A stretch of DNA of 64,000 nucleotides from an uncultured Thermoproteaceae archaeon (GTDB lineage: Archaea > Thermoproteota > Thermoprotei > Thermoproteales > Thermocladiaceae): the NCBI GenBank assembly GCA_964575955.1, contig CAZNTG010000003.1:1-64000 (forward strand). The letters are read 5' to 3'. The position numbers and the translations under genes were made by a program. Shown one piece after another: positions 30,648-40,538 of the stretch. The notes beneath the pieces are model-generated. The model saw only the letters and a list, made by a program, of their open reading frames with translations, did no database searches and was not told the origin of the DNA. Each line of letters begins with the position of its first letter. Position 1 is the stretch's first letter.

Positions 30648-31166
30648 TTACAGTCTCAATACATCAACAACACCCTTCTTAACAAGCTCAGAAGCATCAT
30701 CAGTAGGTAGTGTAACAATATCATACTTCAAGAATGGTCCTAACCTCTCCATTCTACTAGTCTGAATTGCTGGAAATGAATCTCTCATACATACAGGAAC
30801 GAGATCTTCAAAACTCTCAACCTTTTCAACCCTCTCGACCTTCTCAACAACCTTCTTCTTAAATAATTGATCAATCTTCTCAAATATCTGTATAAGCTTC
30901 CTCTCCTCTAAATATAGAAGTTTCTTAGGAACATCTTCACCACTTGCAATCTTCTTCAAAATCTTCTCAAGACGAGTTTGAAGAAGTACAGCTATAGAAT
31001 TTTTAACAATTTTCAAAGCTTCATCTCTAAACTCATCTTCAACGTAGAGTGATAGTTCCTGTATAATATCCTCGTAAGATTTTGCAATTGGCTGTTGAAG
31101 TTCCTCACTTTCAACTTCTCTAATAGTCAACTTACTAATCTTATCAATAATCTTCTCAATCTTCAT
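30648..31166 (-). CDS. GINS subunit (Gins51/Gins15)
   Basis: RLEKI helix, C-terminal GPF..DIVTLP..A..LV..G; sits next to priS. Confidence 0.85.
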   Translation of the reverse strand: MKIEKIIDKISKLTIREVESEELQQPIAKSYEDIIQELSLYVEDEFRDEALKIVKNSIAVLLQTRLEKILKKIASGEDVPKKLLYLEERKLIQIFEKIDQLFKKKVVEKVERVEKVESFEDLVPVCMRDSFPAIQTSRMERLGPFLKYDIVTLPTDDASELVKKGVVDVLRL

Positions 31167-32229
31167 ACTCTACAAAATCTGCTAATCCTTGCCTAATTAA
31201 GTATATTCCAACAAATGCAGGAACTATCTGAACATCATCAATAGAATTATTTATAGTAACTCCAAGAACATTACTTACAGATAGTCTCCTCTTTAATACA
31301 ATCTTGAGATATCTATTCTTAACAATTCTAGGTATAGAAATCTCAATAACATGTTCAGCACCTCTCTCAAGATCTGAAACATCTAATCTAGATACTATAA
31401 GTCCAGTCTTTCCATGTAGTGAGTTTGGTACTCTAATCAACCTCTTGATATCTAATGTAACTATCTCATCAATCATGACACTTAGATTATTTAGACAATC
31501 TCTAACAGCATTCTTAATCTTATTTAAATATCTTCTAACACTCTTCAAACCTAGTATACATGTCTTAACCTTATCTTCAAGTCTACCCTCAATACATCTC
31601 CAAAATCTACTACCAAAACCATCAAAGTCAGGACCTGCAATAAGTCTACCTCTCTGATCAATAAATCTCTCAAAGTTAAACATTACACATCTAAGATAGT
31701 CAACAATCTCTCTTCTCTCATCTTGTGAAAGTTGTAAAACATCTTCAGACTCTACATGTACATGAAATCCTCTATGACCTGAAAATGTTATATAATACTC
31801 ATCTCTACTAATTCCAAACTCACTTTCAAGAATATCTACAAGCTTCAAAGTCTCATTAATAGTATCTTCAAGACATTCTACACATATAGCACCACAATCT
31901 GCAGAAAGTTTACAATTCTCTGTTGGTAGATGATCACCGTCAATATCAAATATTAGATCAGCACCACGCCAACCTTTCCTCTCCATGTCAGGATTGTCTG
32001 GATCTACATATCTAGCAGTACTATAATATACATGTGCTGGAACATTTTTTAATGCAAATTTCTTAAAATCTTCAACATTTCTAAATGATAGATGTCTAAT
32101 CATTATATCTTTACCAAATGGTTGATATGCAAACTCTCTACTTTCAATATCTGTAATCTGTATATCTCTATCAGGATTTCTATAATATGATTTGAAGTAT
32201 GTTTTTATAAGTGTCTCAATTCTAGACAT
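31156..32229 (-). CDS. priS: DNA primase small subunit
   Basis: REFA, YYSTA.Y, DLIFDIDGD, FSGHRGFH, RLIRVPNSLHGKTG. Confidence 0.96.
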   Translation of the reverse strand: MSRIETLIKTYFKSYYRNPDRDIQITDIESREFAYQPFGKDIMIRHLSFRNVEDFKKFALKNVPAHVYYSTARYVDPDNPDMERKGWRGADLIFDIDGDHLPTENCKLSADCGAICVECLEDTINETLKLVDILESEFGISRDEYYITFSGHRGFHVHVESEDVLQLSQDERREIVDYLRCVMFNFERFIDQRGRLIAGPDFDGFGSRFWRCIEGRLEDKVKTCILGLKSVRRYLNKIKNAVRDCLNNLSVMIDEIVTLDIKRLIRVPNSLHGKTGLIVSRLDVSDLERGAEHVIEISIPRIVKNRYLKIVLKRRLSVSNVLGVTINNSIDDVQIVPAFVGIYLIRQGLADFVEYED

Positions 32230-32987
32230 TAGTCTAACATTGGTGCTATGAAGTATGTCAATCTACCACCCATAGGTATTTCAAATGTTAGTGAGACAGG
32301 TTTACCTGTTGCAAATTCTATAACTGCAATATCACTAACCCTATATGCCTTAGATACAATATCTGCAAGATAGTCTAAACTATATCTAGCACTTGCTGGC
32401 TCTTTAAGATCATACTCAAACATTGCTTCACTATCTCTCTCAAACTTAACCTCTAGATCACCTCTATCACTGCTAGCTGTTATGTATAGTCCATCATCCT
32501 TAGCTTCAAATTTTACAGAATCAGCAATTACATCAGCATCTTTCATAGCTTCTCTAAGAGCATCACTAGCAACTTTTGCAGTAACTGTGAACACTACTTT
32601 AGGTGTTGGTAGTTGTTCTACAGGTACGTCAATTATTGGAAGCATTACTGCTCTAGTAGCCTTACCTATGAGCTTAACTTTCAACTTTCCTTCAGAGACC
32701 TCTAGAGCAATTCTATCACCTTTCTTAACTCTCTTCAAGATCTTCTTCAAATCGCTGAAGTTTACACCAACTCTAATCTCTTCAGATATCTCTGATGGAT
32801 ATTCTTCAAAAGCTTCTCTAGGCATGAATAGGTCTATAAGTGCACTTCTTGAAGAATCTATAGCTCTAAGTTTTAGACCTTCACTAGTTATTGTAAATGC
32901 TGCTTCCTCAAGTAGTACAGCTATGGACTCTACAATATATACAAACTCCTTAGCATCTGAGTAGAGTAGTTTCACACTTTCAGACAT
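32229..32987 (-). CDS. pcn: PCNA sliding clamp
   Basis: LRAIDSSR, GVNF, YSLDYL, C-terminal YFIAP. Confidence 0.96.
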   Translation of the reverse strand: MSESVKLLYSDAKEFVYIVESIAVLLEEAAFTITSEGLKLRAIDSSRSALIDLFMPREAFEEYPSEISEEIRVGVNFSDLKKILKRVKKGDRIALEVSEGKLKVKLIGKATRAVMLPIIDVPVEQLPTPKVVFTVTAKVASDALREAMKDADVIADSVKFEAKDDGLYITASSDRGDLEVKFERDSEAMFEYDLKEPASARYSLDYLADIVSKAYRVSDIAVIEFATGKPVSLTFEIPMGGRLTYFIAPMLD

Positions 32988-33056
32988 GTCGTATGTATAG
33001 TCTTTACATAATTCAAAAATCCTCTCCTAGACAACACTACGTGTATAACATTTCAA

Positions 33057-33389
33057 CTACTCATACTCTCTCCAAGTATGTCCACATCTGGTACATCTGT
33101 AAAATCTTGTAGGTGGTTCATCAGCAGCACGTGTCTGCTGTATCCAGTAGTATGCTTCTTCATTACCACACTTAGGACATATAGCACGTGTCTTTGGAAG
33201 ATTAGTACTCTCTTCCTTAATTATTATTGGAGTATCTGTAGGCTTTCTCTCAATTACAGTCCTAACTGATAGACTTTGACCAACAGCTGATTCCTCATAA
33301 CCACACTTGGGACATTTTAGTACATTACCATTCTGAGTCTTCACTGGTCTCATTAGAGTTCTACATCTAGGACAGAAACGGAGTGACAT
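33057..33389 (-). CDS. tfs: Transcription factor S (TFS/RpoM)
   Basis: FCPRC..CPKCG and CPKCG..QTRAADEPPTRFYRC..CG zinc ribbons; ATG at 33389 preferred over the upstream TTG. Confidence 0.95.
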   Translation of the reverse strand: MSLRFCPRCRTLMRPVKTQNGNVLKCPKCGYEESAVGQSLSVRTVIERKPTDTPIIIKEESTNLPKTRAICPKCGNEEAYYWIQQTRAADEPPTRFYRCTRCGHTWREYE

Positions 33390-33434
33390 TGCTCTAATAG
33401 TACTCAAGAAACGTTTATAAGCTAATCGCTGTGC

Positions 33435-33935
33435 TTGAAATGGGGATCCAGACTGGTAAGTGTGAAAGAAGTTCCACCTGACAGATTGATATCTAGACTA
33501 GCACAATACTTGAAGAACATTCCTGAGATAAAGCCACCACCATGGGCAATATTTGTGAAGACTGGTGCAAATAAGGAGAGACCACCAATGCAGGAAGACT
33601 GGTGGTACTATAGAGCAGCAGCAATATTGAGAAAACTATACCTACACGGTCCTGTAGGTATTGAAAGATTGAGAACAGCATTTGGATATAGAGCAAAGAT
33701 TGGAGGTGGATATAAACCTGAGAGATTTAGAAAAGCTGGAGGAGCAATAATTAGAAAAATACTACAACAACTAGAAAAGGCAGGACTAGTAGAGAAAGTA
33801 CCAGGAAAGGGAAGAGTATTAACACCTGAAGGTAGAAGACTACTAGACAAACTTGCATATGAAATACTTAAAGAGATGGTTAAAGAAATGCCTGAACTTG
33901 GAAAATACCTAACACCAAAACTAGCACAACAATAA
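33435..33935 (+). CDS. rps19e: 30S ribosomal protein S19e
   Basis: [37 protein letters not shown]. Confidence 0.97.
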   Translation: MKWGSRLVSVKEVPPDRLISRLAQYLKNIPEIKPPPWAIFVKTGANKERPPMQEDWWYYRAAAILRKLYLHGPVGIERLRTAFGYRAKIGGGYKPERFRKAGGAIIRKILQQLEKAGLVEKVPGKGRVLTPEGRRLLDKLAYEILKEMVKEMPELGKYLTPKLAQQ

Positions 33936-33983
33936 TGAGAGAAAAATTTAATGTTAAACTAAAAACCTAGTAAGAAAGTAGGT

Positions 33984-34337
33984 ATGAGTACTCCAGTAGA
34001 CGAGTATAGGAGTGAACTTTCAGATGAGGAATTGGAACTGTTGAAGAGAAGAAAGATGGAAGAACTTCAAAAGAGACTTGAAGAAGAGAGAAGAAGAGCT
34101 GAACTACAGGCTCAGAAACGTGCAATACTAAACGTGATATTGACACCTGAAGCTAGGAGAAGATTAGACAATCTCAGACTTGTAAAACCAGAACTTGTGG
34201 AAGCAATAGAGAATCAACTAATAGCTCTTGCACAATCAGGAAGACTTAAGACACCTATAACTGATGATGAGCTTAAGAGGATGTTAGAGGAGATCTATAG
34301 AAGAACTCGTAGAGATATAAGAATTAGATTTAGATAA
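33984..34337 (+). CDS. PDCD5-like DNA-binding protein
   Basis: [28 protein letters not shown]; S19e-L39e context. Confidence 0.93.
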   Translation: MSTPVDEYRSELSDEELELLKRRKMEELQKRLEEERRRAELQAQKRAILNVILTPEARRRLDNLRLVKPELVEAIENQLIALAQSGRLKTPITDDELKRMLEEIYRRTRRDIRIRFR

Positions 34338-34386
34338 ACTTAGACATTTTTAAAAAGGGTCTTCAACATGTTGTGTTGGTAAGAAT

Positions 34387-34542
34387 ATGGCTAGAAATAA
34401 GCCACTTGGAAAGAAGCTTAGACTTGCAGCAGCATTAAAATCAAATAGACTACCACCACCATGGGTAGTTGTTAAAACGAATAGGAGAGTTACAATAACA
34501 CCAACTAAGAGACATTGGAGAAGAGTTAAACTTAAAGCATAA
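34387..34542 (+). CDS. rpl39e: 50S ribosomal protein L39e (51 aa, not in ORF track)
   Basis: [51 protein letters not shown]. Confidence 0.96.
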   Translation: MARNKPLGKKLRLAAALKSNRLPPPWVVVKTNRRVTITPTKRHWRRVKLKA

Positions 34543-34553
34543 CAAGACCTAGG

Positions 34554-34865
34554 GTGATGTCTATGGCTGAAGCTAAGGCTACAGGTAAGGTAGTTCTAGA
34601 GAGAGTATATACAATAAATCTACGTAGGACACGTGAAGTATCTAGAACAAAACGTGCACCATACGCTATAAGGCTAATAAGAAAATTCATATCAAGACAT
34701 CTACATGTAGAACCACAACAAGTAAAGATTAGTAATGAAGTTAATGAGAAAATCTGGTCTAGAAGTATTGAAAAACCACCTAGAAAGATCAAGGTTAAAG
34801 TTGTGAAGTATGAAGATGGTACAGTATGGGTATACCTATACAAGGAGGAGGAATCTAAACAGTAG
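34554..34865 (+). CDS. rpl31e: 50S ribosomal protein L31e
   Basis: [40 protein letters not shown]. Confidence 0.96.
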   Translation: MMSMAEAKATGKVVLERVYTINLRRTREVSRTKRAPYAIRLIRKFISRHLHVEPQQVKISNEVNEKIWSRSIEKPPRKIKVKVVKYEDGTVWVYLYKEEESKQ

Positions 34866-34875
34866 ATGATCATCC

Positions 34876-35556
34876 ATGTCTAGAAAGTTTGAAGTTACAC
34901 CAATATCAATATATGGTACACCAATAATTGGAGTATACATATTCACAAATAACAAATATACATTCATACCACCAGAAACACCACCAAAAATTGATGAAGT
35001 AATAAGATCAACATTAAAGACAGAGGTTGTTAGATTAACTATCGGTAAGACACCACTACTTGGAATATTCATGACAGGTAATGATAATGGTATTGTTGTT
35101 CCAAACATAGTTACTGATGATGAATTAAAAATTTTGAAAAGTCTAGATCTTAAAATATCTATAATAGATACAAGGTTTACAGCAATAAACAACCTAGTAC
35201 TATGTAATAACAAGTCCTGCCTAATATCTCCAATAGTAGAGAAGGAGTATGTAAAGACAATACAGGAAACTCTAGATGTAGAAGTACACATAGATACAAT
35301 ATGTAAATCCTACCTCGTAGGTTCTCTAGCAGTTGTAAATAGTAGAGGTGTTCTTGTAAGTGCAGATGCTGATGAAGAAGATCTAAAGAAATTGAGAACA
35401 ATATTCAACCTACCTGTAGATGTAGGTACGATAAATAGAGGTAAAACAATGATTAGAAGTGGACTTGTAGCAAATGACTATGGTGCACTTGTTGGTGATG
35501 ATACTACAGGTTTTGAAATTGTTAGAATAGTACAGGTATTAGGATTTACAGAGTAG
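34876..35556 (+). CDS. eif6: Translation initiation factor aIF6
   Basis: IGVY, GNDNG, VGS, GTINRG, ANDYGALVG..TTGFE. Confidence 0.95.
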   Translation: MSRKFEVTPISIYGTPIIGVYIFTNNKYTFIPPETPPKIDEVIRSTLKTEVVRLTIGKTPLLGIFMTGNDNGIVVPNIVTDDELKILKSLDLKISIIDTRFTAINNLVLCNNKSCLISPIVEKEYVKTIQETLDVEVHIDTICKSYLVGSLAVVNSRGVLVSADADEEDLKKLRTIFNLPVDVGTINRGKTMIRSGLVANDYGALVGDDTTGFEIVRIVQVLGFTE

Positions 35557-35563
35557 TAGAGTT

Positions 35564-36670
35564 TTATGAGAGTAATTGATCGATAAACCACTCTTTTCTA
35601 AATGGCATAAGATCTTCATATCTTTGACCAACACCTAGGAAGTATATTGGCTTTCTCAAAACTACCAAGAATGTGAGTATTGACCCACCTTTTGGATATG
35701 CATCAACCTTAGTTATTATTAATCCATCAATATTTACATATTTTGAATATGTTTTAGCTACTTCAAGAGCTTCATTTCCAAGTAGTGCGTCTGCAACAAA
35801 TATTGAAAGGTCTGGTTCTGCAACTCTATAAATCTTCTTCAACTCATCCATAAGATTAACATCTGTATGCATTCTACCTGCAGTATCTACAAGTACGAAA
35901 TCTATACCTTTAGATTCTGCATGTGCTATAGCATCATGAATAACAGCTGCTGGATCAGCACCATATCTATGCTTTATAACTCTAATACCAAGTCTACGAC
36001 CATGCTCCTCTAACTGCTCTATAGCTCCTGCTCTAAATGTATCTGCAGCTGCAAAAATTACAGAATATCCACTCTTCTTCAATAGATATCCAACTTTTGC
36101 AATTGTAGTAGTCTTACCATAACCGTTAGGTCCTAGAAATAGTATTACAACAGGACTACGCTCTTCATATATCTTCTTTACAAGATCGAGAAAATCTACA
36201 TCAGGAACATCACCAATAACGTTAAGTATTGCTCTTCTAATACAGTCTTTAATAAGCTTCTCTTTATCACTACCAAATCTAGGTATCTTAAGTTCAGAAA
36301 GTTCTCTCTTAACAGCTTCTGTAATTGCCTCACTAACCTCAACAGCAACATCACATTCTACAAGTTGAATAAATAGATTTTCACAAAGCTTACTAATCTT
36401 ATCCTCACTAAGTCTAGTATATACAACAGCCTCACTAATCCTATGAGCAATCCTAGATAACAATCCTCTCCTCTCTTCAATCTTCTCCTCAACCTTACTC
36501 TCTTCAACCTTAACTTCCTGAACTGCATGTTGTGTAGATATTTGCTGTACTTGTTGTACTTCCTGTATAGTCTTCTCTTCAATCTTCTCCTCTTTCTTCT
36601 CTTCTTCTCTAAATAGTGATACTATTGCATTTGTGAAATTTCTAAACGCCTCTTTCAATTTTTTAAACAT
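35564..36670 (-). CDS. ftsY: SRP receptor FtsY
   Basis: GPNGYGKTTT, DTFRAGAIEQL, DTAGR, TKVD, GVGQ. Confidence 0.97.
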   Translation of the reverse strand: MFKKLKEAFRNFTNAIVSLFREEEKKEEKIEEKTIQEVQQVQQISTQHAVQEVKVEESKVEEKIEERRGLLSRIAHRISEAVVYTRLSEDKISKLCENLFIQLVECDVAVEVSEAITEAVKRELSELKIPRFGSDKEKLIKDCIRRAILNVIGDVPDVDFLDLVKKIYEERSPVVILFLGPNGYGKTTTIAKVGYLLKKSGYSVIFAAADTFRAGAIEQLEEHGRRLGIRVIKHRYGADPAAVIHDAIAHAESKGIDFVLVDTAGRMHTDVNLMDELKKIYRVAEPDLSIFVADALLGNEALEVAKTYSKYVNIDGLIITKVDAYPKGGSILTFLVVLRKPIYFLGVGQRYEDLMPFRKEWFIDQLLS

Positions 36671-36721
36671 GCTCTCTAATCTAGATCTTAATATCGAAAG
36701 TATATTAAGATAACTTCAAGA

Positions 36722-37186
36722 TTATGATTTACCTTCAGCTTTCTCTTCAGCTCTCATCATTGAGTATACTGCTGCTAAGAATTGTCTAATATTTTCAATC
36801 CTTCTTAAAGTATCTGCAAGCCTCATCTCAAGTCTTGAACGTATATCTTCAAGTTCTCTAATCCTCCTATCAATATGGTCAAGTGCAGAGTTTACACTCA
36901 TCTCAACTACATAGTTAGCACCAATGTTTACAAGCACCTTATCGTAATCTTCAATTCTAGATTTAACAAATACACCACCACCAATAGCTGTATAACTCTC
37001 CTCAAACTTCTTACCGTCAACAAGCATCTTTATGAGTGATCTAGCTGATCTCAACTCATTTATAGATGCTGATAGTATAGTTATATCCTGTCTAAGTGCC
37101 TGTGCTGTAGATTCTAGAACTTCCAACTCCTGTACAAGTCTAGCAATGTCTGCCTCAGTTATTCTTCTCTCTCTAACTTCACTCAT
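36722..37186 (-). CDS. pfdA: Prefoldin alpha subunit
   Basis: Coiled coils flanking IGGGVFV..VLVNIGANYVVE. Confidence 0.93.
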   Translation of the reverse strand: MSEVRERRITEADIARLVQELEVLESTAQALRQDITILSASINELRSARSLIKMLVDGKKFEESYTAIGGGVFVKSRIEDYDKVLVNIGANYVVEMSVNSALDHIDRRIRELEDIRSRLEMRLADTLRRIENIRQFLAAVYSMMRAEEKAEGKS

Positions 37187-37211
37187 ACTATCAATCCACC
37201 TTTCAATATTT

Positions 37212-37472
37212 TTAGAATTTTACAATCTTATCAAGCATTAACAATATCTTAATCTCATCTCTAGCCTCTTCAGGACTTATCTCTCTAACATCTAAAATCT
37301 TGATCATCTGTCTATTAAGTTTATGTCTACTACCAAGCATTGAGTATACTCTCTCAATAACTTCAGAAACTCTAGTACCTGTAATATCAATCTTAAACTT
37401 CTGCCAACTATTCCTAATCTTCATCCGACCAACAACTCTATACACCTTAACACTCTTAACAGGACTTGACAT
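37212..37472 (-). CDS. rpl18a: 50S ribosomal protein L18Ae (LX)
   Basis: KVYRVVG, ERVYS.LGSRHKL.R..IKI. Confidence 0.93.
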   Translation of the reverse strand: MSSPVKSVKVYRVVGRMKIRNSWQKFKIDITGTRVSEVIERVYSMLGSRHKLNRQMIKILDVREISPEEARDEIKILLMLDKIVKF

Positions 37473-37560
37473 AGTACTAGACTAGTCTAAGAGGGGGTTA
37501 TTAGTCTTCTCTCTCAGCATAACTTTTTAATACATGCCTACAAGATACGTTCAAGTCTAG

Positions 37561-37929
37561 ATGCAGAGACAAGTTGCTAAAAGACAAGTTCAGAAGAAGA
37601 GTAGTGAGAAGTCTAGTATTGCTAAGATATTTGATAAACTAGTAACCTACCTATCACTTGTAAAATGGATATTGAAAGTTGCTCAAAGACCAACATCAGA
37701 TCAGTTGAAGACTACTGCAAAGATGACATTGATAATGGTCTTAATAATTGGAATATACGCATTCATAGTATCACTAGTTAGATATCTAGTATTTATGAGA
37801 GGGTCAATAGTAACATTACCACCACCATACAACTACATTCTGATAGGTGTAATTGCTGGAGCATGTATTGGAGTTCTAATATTCGTATACATATCACTTA
37901 GAAGGACAGTTAAAAGTAGGGGTAGGTAG
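37561..37929 (+). CDS. secE: Protein translocase SecE/Sec61-gamma with extra C-terminal TM
   Basis: ILKVAQRP...TAKMT..IIGIYAFIV; directly upstream of spt5. Confidence 0.8.
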   Translation: MQRQVAKRQVQKKSSEKSSIAKIFDKLVTYLSLVKWILKVAQRPTSDQLKTTAKMTLIMVLIIGIYAFIVSLVRYLVFMRGSIVTLPPPYNYILIGVIAGACIGVLIFVYISLRRTVKSRGR

Positions 37930-37940
37930 GTAGATTATCA

Positions 37941-38426
37941 ATGTCTGAGAGTGAGAAGAAGCAGATAAGTGAAGAGTCCTTCTTCATGGTAGTCAGAACT
38001 GTCGGAGGACAGGAATATAATGTTGCACTAATACTAAAAGCCAGAATTGAGAGTAAGAATCTAAACATACCATCACTCATAGTCTTACCACAATTGAAAG
38101 GTTTGATATTTGTAGAAAAAGGACTACCACACATACTACAAAACCTGATAATTGGAATTAAACACTGTAGAGGAATACTCAGAGGTAAGGTACCACTAAG
38201 CGAGATAATGAGAGTAATCACAAGACCAATAGAACTCAAGATTGGTGACATGGTTGAAATCGTGAGTGGACCATTCAGAGGATATAAAGGTAGAGTCATG
38301 GATATAGATACTGAAAGTGGAACTGTGACAATAGAGATCACAGATGCAGCATCACCAATGCCGATAACCTTAAGAATTAAAGATGTTCGACTACTAGAAC
38401 GCAGAAGAGAGGGTGAACAAGGATGA
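37941..38426 (+). CDS. spt5: Transcription elongation factor Spt5/NusG
   Basis: RTVGGQEYNVA NGN domain, KOW motif GDMVEIVSGPFRG. Confidence 0.95.
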   Translation: MSESEKKQISEESFFMVVRTVGGQEYNVALILKARIESKNLNIPSLIVLPQLKGLIFVEKGLPHILQNLIIGIKHCRGILRGKVPLSEIMRVITRPIELKIGDMVEIVSGPFRGYKGRVMDIDTESGTVTIEITDAASPMPITLRIKDVRLLERRREGEQG

Positions 38427-38941
38427 AGAAAGTATTGAGAATACAGGTAACTGGAGGAAAAGTAAATCCAGCATCACTAAAACCATTACAAGATCTTGGA
38501 TTTGACATAAACAAGATTATGCAAGAGATAAATGATAAGGTTAAGCTAGTACTAAAATATAAGATACAGAACATGTATGTAGAGATTGAATATGACCCAG
38601 ATAGAAAGACATATGAAATAAAACCTGAATGGCCACCAATAGGAGATCTCTTGATAAGAGCTGTAGGTAAGGAAGATGGTGCACATCAAGCAGCACCAAA
38701 AGAAGTAATTGGTAATCTATCTATAGATCAGGTAGCTGAGATAGCATATATAAAGTTTGATGAACTTAGAAGCTACACATTTAAATCAGCATTAAAACAA
38801 GTCTTAAGTACATGTAAATGTGTTGGTATTCTTGTAGAAGGTAAAGATCCTAAAGAAGTTATAAAGCTTGTAGACTCAGGACAGTACGACGACATAATTA
38901 GAAAATATGAAGAGAAGTTGAAGAAGGAGGGTAGACTATAA
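38423..38941 (+). CDS. rpl11: 50S ribosomal protein L11 (divergent N-terminus)
   Basis: IGNLSIDQVAEIA..K, KQVLSTC..VGILVEGKDP; between spt5 and rpl1. Confidence 0.9.
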   Translation: MKKVLRIQVTGGKVNPASLKPLQDLGFDINKIMQEINDKVKLVLKYKIQNMYVEIEYDPDRKTYEIKPEWPPIGDLLIRAVGKEDGAHQAAPKEVIGNLSIDQVAEIAYIKFDELRSYTFKSALKQVLSTCKCVGILVEGKDPKEVIKLVDSGQYDDIIRKYEEKLKKEGRL

Positions 38942-38980
38942 CACAACCTTTAAAATCTCTCACATATAACATCTGCAACA

Positions 38981-39640
38981 ATGTTTAACCTAGATGAGAT
39001 TGTTAGAGCAGTTGAAGAAGCTAAGAAAATTGCTAAAAAGAGAAGATTTATACAGAGTGTAGACATTATTGTAAAATTGAGAGATGTAGATCCTAAGAAG
39101 AGACCTGACGATAGAGTAAACATAACAATACCACTACCACACCCAATACCAAACAAGATACCTAAAATATGTGTAATAGCTTCAGGTGCTGCAGTACTAG
39201 CTGCAAGAGATGCAAAAGCAGACACAATACTCACAAAAGAAGATCTTGAAAAACTTGCTGGAAATAAGAAAGCTATTAAAAAACTAGCACAGGAACATGA
39301 CTTCTTCGTAGCAACACCAGACATGATGGTTCTAGTAGGTAGAATAATGGGTCCAATACTTGGACCTAGAGGTAAAATGCCTGAAGTTGTACCACCAAAC
39401 GTAGATATTAGATCTGTAATTGAGAGATTGAGAAGAAGTACACGTGTACGTGTTAAAGATCAACCACAATTCATGACTAGAGTAGGTAGTGAAATTATGG
39501 ATAGTAGAGATATTGCAGAAAACATAGTTACAGTACTTGAAGAAGTTATGAGAAGAAAATATCCGAGAGAGAAGATTGAGTGGACTAAAGTAAAATTGAC
39601 GATGGGACCGCCTGTAGATTTCAACCCATTCATAGAATAG
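38981..39640 (+). CDS. rpl1: 50S ribosomal protein L1
   Basis: RRFIQSVD, LPHP, LGPRGKMP, KLTMGP. Confidence 0.97.
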   Translation: MFNLDEIVRAVEEAKKIAKKRRFIQSVDIIVKLRDVDPKKRPDDRVNITIPLPHPIPNKIPKICVIASGAAVLAARDAKADTILTKEDLEKLAGNKKAIKKLAQEHDFFVATPDMMVLVGRIMGPILGPRGKMPEVVPPNVDIRSVIERLRRSTRVRVKDQPQFMTRVGSEIMDSRDIAENIVTVLEEVMRRKYPREKIEWTKVKLTMGPPVDFNPFIE

Positions 39641-40439
39641 ATCTAGCATATACACATACATGCCTATATTCACAACGTCTACACCTACTTCTACAATCTG
39701 TAGGTATGTACTCACCACGAGTATCAAACCAATAACCTAGAGCCCAATCAAGATATCTAAAACTTGAATATTCATAACCATAGACATGTATAGAGTATAG
39801 ACTACCCCTAACCTCAACCTCACTATCCTGATACTTCTCTAATATATTTAGAACTTTATTAAAAAGCTTCTCTCTAACAGTGTCTGTAATTTGTAAATCT
39901 CTATAAACTTTAATAATAACAACATCGCAATTTCTAGATATGTCATTACTAACTAACATATATGCATATAGCTGTGCTTGAACATATTCACATGTAAATA
40001 CCTTACCAATCCACCTCTTCGTAGTTTTAAGTTCTATAACACCAACAGCTTCACCATCTCTAAATATTATTGCATCAGGAACACCCAATATTGGAACATC
40101 ACGATAAGTTATGCATAGAGGCATTGTAACTATAGCTCTTCTACATGTAGAAACTATATCAATAAGCTCACTTCTAGAAACTTGCTCACCTTTAAAGACC
40201 TCTTCATGAATATAAGTTCCAAGTTTCATAGCATCAGTCTCAACCTTACCCTCCCTATACATTAGAGTAAGCTTATGTTCACAATAGAATTGTTGTGCAA
40301 TTTCTGAAATTGTTAAATACTTCTTATCAAACTTCAAACCATCAGCATACAACCTTCCAGACAATACATCAATAACCATGTTAAGATTCTTCTTAATTCC
40401 TAAAATATTCATCACAGACATATTAAAAATATGAAACAT
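39630..40439 (-). CDS. Solo Cas4-like PD-(D/E)XK nuclease with Fe-S staple (start may be downstream)
   Basis: QQFYCE, G..IH, GVPD, IELKT, QAQLY, C-terminal CRRCEYRHVC. Confidence 0.85.
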   Translation of the reverse strand: MFHIFNMSVMNILGIKKNLNMVIDVLSGRLYADGLKFDKKYLTISEIAQQFYCEHKLTLMYREGKVETDAMKLGTYIHEEVFKGEQVSRSELIDIVSTCRRAIVTMPLCITYRDVPILGVPDAIIFRDGEAVGVIELKTTKRWIGKVFTCEYVQAQLYAYMLVSNDISRNCDVVIIKVYRDLQITDTVREKLFNKVLNILEKYQDSEVEVRGSLYSIHVYGYEYSSFRYLDWALGYWFDTRGEYIPTDCRSRCRRCEYRHVCVYARSIL

Positions 40440-40538
40440 CTTTATTAACCTTATGAATAATGTGAAGTTCTATAGTATAGTCCGACATTGAGTTCTTGAG
40501 GAAAATCTTTAAACACGGTTAAACATTGAAACCTTCGC

